Positions 1 through 10,500 of a stretch of 64,000 nucleotides of DNA are shown in pieces. The stretch covers positions 23,748,001 through 23,812,000 of the forward strand of contig CM059433.1 of NCBI GenBank assembly GCA_030390025.1, given 5' to 3'. This DNA is from Squalus acanthias. Lineage: Eukaryota. The position numbers and the translations under genes were made by a program. The stretch's first letter is position 1. Each line of letters begins with the position of its first letter. The notes under the pieces are model-generated. The model saw only the letters and a list, made by a program, of their open reading frames with translations. It did not search any database and was not told the DNA's origin.

Positions 1-42
1 GGACAAGTGGAAGGACAGAGGACAAAAAGGTGATGACCTTAC

Positions 43-205
43 CATTGCTGTCCAGAACGGGGTCGGCGTCTCCAGTGGCGACGGGACCGATCACCCGGCT
101 TGCCACAATCCTGTGGACGCGCTCCTCCAGATCGCTGAGGGGTTGCAGCTGAGGCCGCCCTCCACCTGTCCGTTGCTGCTGTCTCCGATTATGCGCCAGC
201 TTGGC
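43..205 (-). CDS. Harbinger Myb/SANT protein, exon 2
   Basis: Acceptor TCCTTTTTCTTACAG, in-frame AKLAHNRRQQQRTGGGRPQLQPLSDLEERVHRIV (the typical HNRR..RTGGG motif), and donor GTAAGG at 42. Confidence 0.8.
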
Positions 206-240
206 CTGTAAGAAAAAGGACAGCATCTGAGTAAATATAC

Positions 241-348
241 AGCCATGGTCTTGCCTGATGTGCCTCCCATAGGTGAATAGCCCTTACTGTATGCAGCCAT
301 GGTCTTGCCTGATGTGCCTCCCATAGGTGAATAGCCCTTACTGTATGC
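241..348. repeat. Perfect 54-bp tandem duplication in the Myb-gene intron
   Basis: AGCCATGGTCTTGCC...CTTACTGTATGC occurs at 241-294 and again at 295-348. Confidence 0.95.
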
Positions 349-489
349 AAAGTGTGGAATGTGTGTGTGTGTTTCATGAAAGGGCCATAGGTGTTGGATG
401 AGTGTTGTGCATTGGGGTTTTAAGACCCTCTGGCCATAGAGTGAGGTTGAGATGGAGGGATGGAGAGGTATTGAGAAAAAGCCACTCAC

Positions 490-726
490 CCTGACGACCC
501 GAGTGAGGTCGTTGAACTTTTTGCGGCATTGAGTATGGGTCCTGGGCACCATGCTCCTGGAGGAGACGCTCTGAGCCACCTCCCTCCACACTCTTCTGAA
601 CTCGCGTGGCAAAGGCCTCCTGCCACTCTCAGGGAAGAGTATACATCTTCTGCGCTCCACCGCGCCAACCAGAGCATCCAAGGCCCGCTCAGTGAAGCGA
701 TGAGCGCGTTCTCTCACCCTCTCCAT
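490..726 (-). CDS. Harbinger Myb/SANT (trihelix-like) DNA-binding protein, exon 1
   Basis: ATG at 726, then 79 uninterrupted codons (MERVRERAHRFTERALDALVGAVERRRCILFPESG...WREVAQSV...RTHTQCRKKFNDLTRVVR) and a phase-0 donor GTGAGT at 489. Confidence 0.85.
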
Positions 727-1088
727 CCTTGGCAGCAAAATGGATTCACAGGTCTCTCCAGGCCGAGATTCAAGGCTGCAATGAGCAGGGTGTGGCTGGG
801 GAGCAAGTTGGCCCCCCCCGCTTTAAGAAGTGGCCGGCGCCAGTGTGTCTGTGTTCCCTCGCTAACTGGCAGCAGCTGCGCTGCGCTCGCGCGCTGTGTA
901 AGCGCCTCACTGCTCGGCCTTTGCGCCTTAAGACAGGTGTGCAGCGCCTGATTTAGCGCTCCACTCACCTCCCGGGGCGGTAAAAGTGAAGTTTCCAGTC
1001 AGTGCCGATAATTAGCGCCAGGCGCTAATATTTGCGTCCAGATGATATTTGCGCCCCAAATGGGGCGCGACCTAATTTTTCCCCCTTA

Positions 1089-1430
1089 ATTTATTGTAAT
1101 TTCAAGTCATTTTAAAAATGTGATTTTTTTTAAATTTATTTAAAGTTTTACTGTGTTTTTGGGGTGATCTCCATTCATATATTTGACAGGTCTTCCTGTC
1201 AAATGTATGAAGGGAGATTCCCTTCTGTGATTGGCTCCCCATGGCCCACGTGATCCCAGGGACGCTGCGAACTACATGCGCCTCTGGGATACGTGGGCCC
1301 TGCGCACTTCTAGTTTGAAGAGGCCCAGGAGCGGAAGCGTGTGCGTCCCGGGAGCCCTCAGGTAAGGGCACAGATTTTTCTAGATCACAGGCCTCCGCCC
1401 ACGGGAGGCCTGCGATCGGAAAATATGGGC
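1089..1430. mobile_element. Fragment of a GGCCC-terminated MITE
   Basis: Ends in ...AAAATATGGGCC followed by AAT, like the TIR and AWT target of the 35061-35802 MITE. The other end was not found. Confidence 0.45.
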
Positions 1431-1699
1431 CAATATGTTTGGATGGAGGGCTATATGCCTGAATATCCGGAACTAAAAACAGAAAATGTTGGAAGTACAC
1501 AGCAAATCAGTCAGGAAATGTATAAAAAAAAATCAAGTTATGGCATTTCAGGGGTGTAACTATGTGATAGGTGTCTGAAAATGTTCCGGTGAGCTGATCT
1601 TGTGAGAGGCAGTCAGAATCCAGTACAGGTATTTGTAGAGAAAAAAAAATTAAAAGGTTGAGAAGTATTTACAAGCTGCAGAAATAACTGTGAAAATAA

Positions 1700-1900
1700 A
1701 GAAAGACATGCATTTATATAGCGCCTTTCACAACCTCAAGTCATCCCCGAGAATCTGCTTTTTGTGATATTGATTGAGGGATAAATATCGGCCAGGACAC
1801 CGGGGATAACTCCCCTGCTCTTCTTCGAAATAGTGCCACGGGATCTTTTACGCCCACCTGAGAGAGCAGACGGGGCCTCAGTTTAACGTCTCATCCGAAA
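1700..1900 (-). mobile_element. Deu-domain tRNA-derived SINE, internally deleted copy
   Basis: Closely matches parts of 22596-22915 (GATTGAGGGATAAATAT...GTTTAACGTCTCATCCGAAAG). Confidence 0.85.
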
Positions 1901-2828
1901 GCCGGATGACCCTGTGTAATTTTTCCGGATTCTTTAAGCTCACAAACTCCTCACTCTGCCTTGATCAGCTGATCCTTGCAGCTGCTACACTTTATAAAAT
2001 CGCAGTCTAACTTACCCAGAGTGCAATGGCAGTACAAAGCCAAAACTGGGAGCTACCACACCAATAGCTGTCACTCTGACATATGCAAACGAGACTACTA
2101 GCAACTTGGCAGGCGAACCATGCGAAGGATCACACAGGGCGAAGAAACTTGTTTCAAAAGATTCACAAGCAGCAGAAATGGCTTCCACCTAAATTTCCTC
2201 ACTAAAAATAATTCTTGCATTATTCCTGCACTGAAACAAGTGAGGAAATTCATCCCCATTAGTTCTTCGGAGCTTACCTCCTAACTGTCCGAGAGATTAT
2301 TCCGAATTAATTAAGGAAAACCTTCATTAATTTAAATTAGTCATGTCCTACTAAAATGTATAATGTGAATATAAAATTTGGTTTGAAGAATAAAAATACT
2401 TAGTTTAATCAGAGGATATTTTACCTTTCTTCGTAGTTTGGTGTTGGAAATGGAAAAATATACAAACACCGCTCCATGCACTACTGCGTTAGAGCTAGCA
2501 CCACCATGGACAGGTCCCCACAGCTACAGATCCAATCTCTCCTTCACAAGTGTTGGTATCTCAGCCACCTAGGATGTTAATCAAACTGAGGCAGATATCA
2601 CTGCAATAATAGTAATTCCCTGCAGAATTTCCTTATCAAGTTTCTCAATCATTAAAGTAGGAATGATTATCTAATAGTTGAAGACCATCGTTTTGACAAT
2701 TCTACCTTCTGTTCTGGTATTGGTGGCTGTTCAGTCTCAGCTCTACTCTGGCGCTCTCTCCCACAACCCTTCCACCTCAGCTCCTCTCTCTGCACTTTTT
2801 AACACCTTGTCAAAACCTACCTATTTAG

Positions 2829-3195
2829 GAACATAAGAACATAAGAAATAGGAGCAGGAGGAGGCCATTTGGCCCCTCGAGCCTGCCCCGCCATTCAATA
2901 AGATCATGGCTGATCTTCTACCTCATCGCCACTTTCCTGAACTATCTCCATATCCCTTGATTCCCTTAATATTCAAAAATCTATCGACCTCTGTCTTGTA
3001 TATACTCAACGACTGAGCCTCCACAGCCCTCTGGGGAGAGAATTCCAAAGACTCACCACCCTCTGAGTGAAGAAATTTCTCCTCATCTCGGTCCTAAATG
3101 GCCGACCCCTTATTCTGAGACTGTGACCCCTGGTTCTAGACTCCCCAGCCAGGGGAAACAGCCTCCCTGCATCTACCCTGTCAAGCCCTGTAAGA
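2829..3195 (-). mobile_element. CR1 LINE 3' end, inserted into an old L2 3' end (about 2700-3310)
   Basis: Encodes LDRVDAGRLFPLAGESRTRGHSLRIRGRPF and has an AAGAACAT repeat tail. Both flanks resemble the L2 3' end at 6700-6960. Confidence 0.9.
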
Positions 3196-3759
3196 GAGGT
3201 GCCTTTGGTCACCTCTCCTAGCTCCCCGACTTACGCTCGGTATCTTTTTTCACCTCTCTGCAGCACCTTGGGATGTTATTCTACATTAAAGGTGCTTCAT
3301 GAGTTAAAGCTTGTTGTACGATATCCTGTTATTGTCGCTCTCTAACTTGAAGGCCACTGCAGCTATGAAGCTGGACTTCTTACGGCTGCTCAAAACTTTT
3401 ACACGTTGCAAAAATATATATACGGTATACAATAAATGAAACTATTTTGAAACCGCAACCCTTGAAAAATCAGAAAAAACTATTTTGCACTTCACAAAAT
3501 GAATGTTGACACAACTTATTAATATATCGCAAGTTTAGTTTCACAATGGTGTGGCAGCAAGAGGTATATCTTCCTTCCTAATTTTAACAGAAGAGTACGT
3601 GGGTAATTTTTATTTTTATTGCTGGATGAAAAGCAGGGGCAGCAAATTGGCAGTTCATTTACACCTCGCCCGATTTTCTTTTCCATTGTGGATCTAGAGC
3701 TGAAAGAGTTGCATTTGTATTGCACCTTACTGTGTGTCTCAGAAATAACTTGAAGCTTT

Positions 3760-3980
3760 AAAGATTGCTGTTACGTAGACCAAAATGGCAGCTAGTTTGT
3801 GTATGGTAAGACTCCACGATAAGCAATGAGATGACTGATGAGAATATTGGTGAGGGGTGGGCTGGGGGAGGTTTGGTGGAGTTGATTGAGGTGGAATTGT
3901 TGGTCAGAACAGGTTTAATGTCACACCTCTGACAATGTAGCACTCTCTCTTTACTACTGTGGACTCTCAGCCTAGCTTGT
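3760..3980 (-). mobile_element. Degraded Deu-SINE
   Basis: Patchy similarity to 22680-22970 (GGTTTAATGTC..., CACCTCTGACAATGTAGCACTC). Confidence 0.55.
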
Positions 3981-4069
3981 CAATGTAGTTTCAATTAGCG
4001 CTGAATTATGGGTAGTTTTTTGCTGTGGACTCATGTTGGTGACCATCTGGACTAAACTTGCCCAAACGC

Positions 4070-4340
4070 ATTTCACTTAGCCCTGCTACTTCAGCTCATT
4101 AAAAGCTCTACTGCTATCCTGCACCAACTCCCACTCCCCCAACACCTCTCACTTTGCCCCTCCCTATCTCGGTAACCTCCCCTCCCACCGCCCCCCGAAC
4201 TCTCCATTCCTCTGACTCTGGCCTCTTGTGCAATTCCCTTTGCCTCACTATTGGCGGCCATGATTACTCCTCTGTGCAGCAACTTGTTTGTTTTTCCATG
4301 TTAAAGGTGCTTTTAAATGCAAATTGTTGTTTTTGTTAAA
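4070..4340 (+). mobile_element. L2 LINE 3' fragment, degraded
   Basis: Matches 6490-6960 (CCCTATCTC.GTAACCTCC, CTGGCCTCTTG, ATTGGCGGCC, TTAAAGGTGCT). Confidence 0.75.
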
Positions 4341-4526
4341 GCTATAATGAGAAATGACTTTAATTCCATTAGTTTGGGTTGGACTCAAATAAAGTTCACA
4401 GAAGTGAAATAATATTATTATAACCCATTGTGCAATCCAAACCCTTGTTTCATCATTTTACACGATGCATAAATAGGAGATAATTTTCTCCTTGTTTTTA
4501 TTGGAAATTAAAATTTAGTGGGTTCT

Positions 4527-5802
4527 ATTTAGTGGAGTGTTAAGGGAAGGTCGTGTCTGACTAACTTGAGGAGGTAACAAGGAGGGTCGATGAGGGTAGC
4601 ACATTTGATGTAGTCTACATGGATTTTAGCAAGGCTTTTGACAAGGTCCCACATGGCAGACTGGTCAGAAAAGTAAAAGCCCATGGGATCCAAGGGAAAG
4701 CGGCAAGTTGGATCAAAAATTGGCTCAGTGGCAGGAAGCAAAGGGTAATGGTCGACGGGTGTTTTTGTGACTGAAAGACTGTTTCCAGCGGGGTTTCACA
4801 GGGCTCAATAGGTTCCTTGCTTTTTGTGGTATATATCAATGATTTAGACTTCAATGTAGGGGGCATGATTAAGAAGTTTGCAGATGATACAAAAATTGGC
4901 CGTGTGGTTGATAGTGAGGAAGAAAGCTATAGACTGCAGGAAGATATCAATGGACTGGTCAGGTGGGCAGATAAGTGGCAAATGGAATTCAATCCGGAGA
5001 AGCGTGAAATAATGCATTTGGGGAGGGCTAACAAGGTAAGGGATTATAGAATAAATGAAAGGATACTGAGAAGTGTGGAGGAACAGAGAGACCTTAGAGA
5101 GCATGTCCACAAATCCCTGAAGGTAGCAGGACAGGTAGATAAGGTGGTTAAGAAGGCATACGGGATACTTTATTTTATTAGCCGAGGCATAGAATATAAG
5201 AGCAGGGAGGTTATGCTTGAACTGTATAAAACACTAGTTAGGCCACAGCTAGAGTACTGCGTACAGTTCTGGTCACCACATTACAGGAAGGATGTGATTG
5301 CACTAGAGAGGGTACAGAGGAGATTTACGGGGATGTTGCCAGGACTGGAGAATTTTAGCTATGAGGAAAGATTGGATAAGCTGAGGTTATTTTCTTTGGA
5401 ACAGAGGAGACTGAGGGGAGACTTAATTGAGTCGTATATAATTATGAGGGGCTTAGATAGAGTGGATAGAAAGGACCTAGTTTCCTTAGCAGAGAGGTCA
5501 AAAACCAGGGGGCATAGATTTAAAGTAATTAGTAGAAGGATTAGAGGGGAGTTGAGGAGAACTTTGTTCACCCAGAGGGTGGTGGGGGTCTGGAACTCAC
5601 TGCCTGAAAGGGTGGTAGAGGCAGAAACCCTCATCACATTAAAAAAGTACTTGGATATGCACTTGAAGTGCCGTAACCTACAAGGCTACGGACCAAGTGC
5701 CGGAGAGTGGGATGAGGCTGGAGAGCTATTTTACAGCCGGCACAGACAGGATGGGCCAAATGGCCTCATTCTGTGCCGTAAATTTCTATGATATGATTCT
5801 AT
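4527..5802 (+). mobile_element. CR1 LINE, 5'-truncated (reverse-transcriptase C-terminal half and 3' UTR)
   Basis: The ORF at 4817-5791 has [26 protein letters not shown] and TRGHRFK. DFSKAFDKVPH lies upstream. The tail is a TTCTATGA repeat. Confidence 0.95.
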
Positions 5803-6091
5803 AAAGGCAGGTGATTCACTCCACCAGTTTACTGCCAGTTCACTGCCCAAGGCGGAAATTACTCCCAAATGTCTTTCATGGAGCAGTTATATTTTTATAA
5901 AATCAAACCTGACATTTTGTACCTTATATATTTTGGTAAATTTCAAATATATCTATTTTGCCAGATCAGCACTCCAGGTGGGATGGTTATATATCTATGG
6001 CAAATTTATAGAATACTAAGACAGGACGTTGCTATTTGTAGTTGCAAATTTATTTTCGGTCAAAATTTTTTGTTTATACTTGTTTCATTTG

Positions 6092-6975
6092 TCCTGGCAA
6101 ACTATCGCCTCATCTCCAACCTCCCTTTTCTCTCCAAAGACTGCTAGTCCGACATCCAGTGTTGGATGAGCAGAAATTTCCTCCAACTAAATATTGGGAA
6201 GACCATTGTCTTCGGTTCCCGTCACAAACTCCGTTCCCTAGTCACCGACTCCATCCCTCTCCCTGGCAACTGTCTCAGGCGTCATATTTGACCCTGAAAT
6301 GAGCTTCTGACCACATATCCGTGCCACCACTAAGACCGCCTATTTCCATCTCCATAACATCGCCCGTCTCCGCCTCTGCCTCAGCTCATCTGCTGCTGAA
6401 ACCCTCATCCAAGCCTTTGTTACCTCTAGACTTGACTATTCCAATGCTCTCCTGGCCGGCCGGCCATCTTCCACCCGCCATAAACTTAAGCTCATCCAAA
6501 ACTCTGCTGCCCGTGTCCTAACTCACACCAAGTCCCGTTCACCCATCACCCCTGTGCTCGCTGACCTACATTGGCTCCCGGTTAAGCCTCAATTTTAAAA
6601 TTCTCATCCTTGTTTACAAATCCTTCCATGGCCTCAACCTTCCCTATCTCTGTAACCTCCTCCAGCCCGACAACTCTCCGAGATCTCTGCGCTCCTCCAA
6701 TTCTGGCCTCTTGCGCATCCCCGATTTTAATCGCTCCACCATTGGCGGCCGTACCTTCAGCTGCCGAGGCCCTAAGCTCTGGAATTTCCTCCCTAAACCT
6801 CTCCGCCTCTCCACCTTACTTTCCTCTTTTAAGACGATCCTTAAAATCTACCTCCATCTCCGAATATCTCTTTATGTGGCTCGTTGTCAAATTTTGTTTG
6901 ATAACGCTTCTGAGAAGCACCTTGGGACATTTTACTACATTAAAGGCGCTGCATAAGTTGTTTTTGTTGTTGATG
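6092..6975 (+). mobile_element. L2 LINE 3' portion with internal deletions
   Basis: LANYRLISNLPFLSK, a TSRLDYSNALL-type segment, ITPVLADLHWLPV, STIGGRTFSCRGPKLWNFLP and a (TTG)n tail. Confidence 0.9.
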
Positions 6976-7578
6976 GTTGACTACCTAAAGCTTTTTATAT
7001 CTTTCAAGCAAGTGCTTTAGTAAATAAATTAGCAGAATTAAAATTTTAACTTAAGTGCCCTGTGGAGAAATATTCCTGTTATATACAAGAGCCCACAAGT
7101 TGTACTTTTAAGTGCAGTAGGCTCTGTAAGGTTATCCAGTTTACAGGGCTACACTGATTAAGATTGTTATTATGCCACTGAGCAGGGAGGGCTGCCTGGT
7201 CCAGACAGCAGGGAGTTAGGCTCAGGCAGGCATGTAGCTGGATTTGCTGCATCAGTGGAATGTCTGTGTCATTAAAATTCACTTGTTCAGTTGAAGTGCG
7301 AGAGAAAGTACACATTGGGTATCAAGCCATCGGGAAATGTGGAGAGTGCGCTTGACAGGCACATTGGCCGAGCATAACAAAAAAGCAACTCAAAGGAAAA
7401 AGTTATTCAGAACTGTCTGAAACATTTAGAAAGGGCAAATCCGGTCAAGCTGATGATACCACCTGGTTTGCCTGAGTCACCCTGAAAGAAAGCGGCGACA
7501 AATCCATTTGACTGGAAAGACAACACTTATCGGTGATTGAAAACTTCATCACGGCTCCGCAAATCTTTCACGGAACGC

Positions 7579-10500
7579 ATCTCAGTGTAAGGGCTGAGAT
7601 GTGTCTCAGTGTAAGGGCTGAGATGTGTCTCAGTGTAAGGGCTGACATGTGTCTCAGTGTAAGGGCTGAGATGTGTGTCAGTGTAAGGGCTGAGATGTGT
7701 CTCAGTGTAAATGCTGAGATGTGTCTCAGTGTAAGGGCTGAGATGTGTCTCAGTGTAAGGGCTGAGATGTGTCTCAGTGTAAGGGCTGAGCTGTATCTCA
7801 GTGTAAGGGCTGAGATGTGTCTCAGTGTAAGGGCTGAGATGTGTCTCAGTGTAAGGGCTGACATGTCCCTCAGTGTAAGTGCTGAGATGTGTCTCAGTGT
7901 AAGGGCTGAGATGTGTCTCAGTGTAAATGCTGAGATGTGTCTCAGTGTAAGGGCTGAGATGTGTCTCAATGTAAATGCTGAGATGTGTCTCAGTGTAAGG
8001 GCTGAGATGTGTCCCAATGTAAATGCTGAGATGTGTCTCAGTGTAAGGGCTGAGATGTGTCCCAGTGTAAGTGCTGAGATGTGTCTCAGTGTAAGGGCTG
8101 TGATGTGTCTCAGTGTAAGGGCTGAGATGTGTCTCAGTGTAAGGGCTGGGATGTGTCTCAGTGTAAGGGCTGAGATGTGTCTCAGTGTAAGGGCTGAGAT
8201 GTGTCTCAGTGTAAGGGCTGAGATGTGCCTCAGTGCAAGGGCTGAGATGTGTCTCAGTGTAAGGGCTGAGATGTGTCTCAGTGTAAGGGCTGAGATGTGT
8301 CTCAGTGTAAGGGCTGAGATGTGTCTCAGTGTAAGGGCTGAGATGTGTCTCAGTGTAAGGGCTGAGATGTGTCTCAGTGTAAGGGCTGAGATGTGTCTCA
8401 GTGTAAGGGCTGAGATGTGTCTCAGTGTAAGGGCTGAGATGTGTCTCAGTGTAAGGGCTGAGATGTGCCTCAGTGTAAGGGCTGAGATGTGTCTCAGTGT
8501 AAGGGCTGAGATGTGTCTCAGTGTAAGGGCTGACATGTCCCTCAGTGTAAGGGCTGAGATGTGTCTCAGTGTAAGGGCTGAGATGTGTCTCAGTGTAAAT
8601 GCTGAGATGTGTCTCAGTGTAAGGGCTGAGATGTGTCTCAATGTAAATGCTGAGATGTGTCTCAGTGTAAGGGCTGAGATGTGTCCCAATGTAAATGCTG
8701 AGATGTGTCTCAGTGTAAGGGCTGAGATGTGTCCCAGTGTAAGTGCTGAGATGTGTCTCAGTGTAAGGGCTGTGATGTGTCTCAGTGTAAGGGCTGAGAT
8801 GTGTCTCAGTGTAAGGGCTGGGATGTGTCTCAGTGTAAGGGCTGAGATGTGTCTCAGTGTAAGGGCTGAGATGTGTCTCAGTGTAAGGGCTGAGATGTGC
8901 CTCAGTGCAAGGGCTGAGATGTGTCTCAGTGTAAGGGCTGAGATGTGTCTCAGTGTAAGGGCTGAGATGTGTCTCAGTGTAAGGGCTGAGATGTGTCTCA
9001 GTGTAAGGGCTGAGATGTGTCTCAGTGTAAGGGCTGAGATGTGTCTCGGTGTAAGGGCTGAGATGTGTCTCAGTGTAAGGGCTGAGATGTGTCTCAGTGT
9101 AAGGGCTGAGATGTGTCTCAGTGTAAGGGCTGAGATGTGTCTCAGTGTAAAGGCTGAGATGTGCGTTACTGTAAATGCTGAGATGTGTCTCAGTGTAAGG
9201 GCTGAGATGTGCGTCAGTGTAAATGCTGAGATGTGTCTCAGTGTAAGGGCTGGGATGTGTCTCAATGTAAATGCTGAGATGTGTCTCAGTGTAAGGGCTG
9301 AGATGTGCGTTAGTGTAAATGCTGAGATGTGTCTCAGTGTAGGGGCTGGGATGTGTCTCAATGTAAATGCTGAGATGTGTCTCAGTGTAAGGGCTGAGAT
9401 GTGCGTTAGTGTAAATGCTGAGATGTGTCTCAGTGTAAGGGCTGGGATGTGTCTCAATGTAAATGCTGAGATGTGTCTCAGTGTAAATGCTGAGATGTGT
9501 CTCAGTGTAAGGGCTGAGATGTGTTTCAGTGTAAATGCTGAGCTGTGTCTCAGTGTAAGGGCTGAGATGTGTCTCAGTGTAAGGGCTGAGATGTGTTTCA
9601 GTGTAAATGCTGAGCTGTGTCTCAGTGTAAGGGCTGAGATGTGTCTCAGTGTCAGTGCTGAGATGTGTCTCAGTGTAAGGGCTGAGCTGTGTCTCAGTGT
9701 AAATGCTGGAGTGTGTCTCAGTGTAAGGGCTGAGATGTGTCTCAGTATAAGGGCTGAGCTGTGTCTCAGTGTAAATGCTGGGGTGTGTCTCAGTGTAAGG
9801 GCTGAGATGTGTCTCAGTGTAAATGCTGAGATGTGACTCAGTGTAAATGCTGAGCTGTGTCTCAGTGCAAGGGCTGAGATGTGTCTCAGTGTAAATGCTG
9901 AGATGTGTCTCAGTGTAAATGCTGAGATGTGTCTCAGTGTAAATGCTGAGATGTGTCTCAGTGTAAATGCTGAGCTGTGTCTCAGTGTAAATGCTGAGCT
10001 GTGTCTCAGTGTAAATGCTGAGATGTGACTCTGTGTAAGTGCTGAGATGTGTCTCAGTGTAAGGGCTGAGATGTGTCTCAGTGTAAGGGCTGAGATGTGT
10101 CTCAGTGTAAATGCTGAGATGAGTCTCAGTGTAAATGCTGAGATGTGTCTCAGTGTAAATGCTGAGATGTGACTCAGTGTAAATGCTGAGCTGTGTCTCA
10201 GTGTAAATGCTGAGATGTGACTCAGTGTAAATGCTGAGATGTGTCTCAGTGTAAGGGCTGAGATGTGTCTCAGTGTAAGGGCTGAGATGTGTCTCAGTGT
10301 AAGGGCTGAGCTGTGTCTCAGTGTAAATGCTGAGATGAGTCTCAGTGTAAATGCTGAGATGTGTCTCAGTGTAAATGCTGAGATGTGACTCAGTGTAAAT
10401 GCTGAGCTGTGTCTCAGTGTAAATGCTGAGATGTGCCTCAGTGTAAGGGCTGAGATGTGTCTCAGTGTAAGGGCTGGGATGTGACTCAGTGTAAATGCTG

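Larger units (their letters stand above)
1..1085 (-). mobile_element. PIF/Harbinger DNA transposon, right-hand part (continues beyond window start)
   Basis: Contains a spliced Myb/SANT gene. The terminus reads GGGGGAAAAATTAGGTCGCGCCCC on the minus strand, ends at 1085 and is followed by TTA (Harbinger TWA target). The end is CpG-rich. Confidence 0.8.

Noticed and set aside
4817..5791. 324-aa ORF as a host or domesticated reverse-transcriptase gene
   Set aside because: It is an ordinary 5'-truncated CR1 with upstream disruption, a non-ATG start and a CR1 tail.
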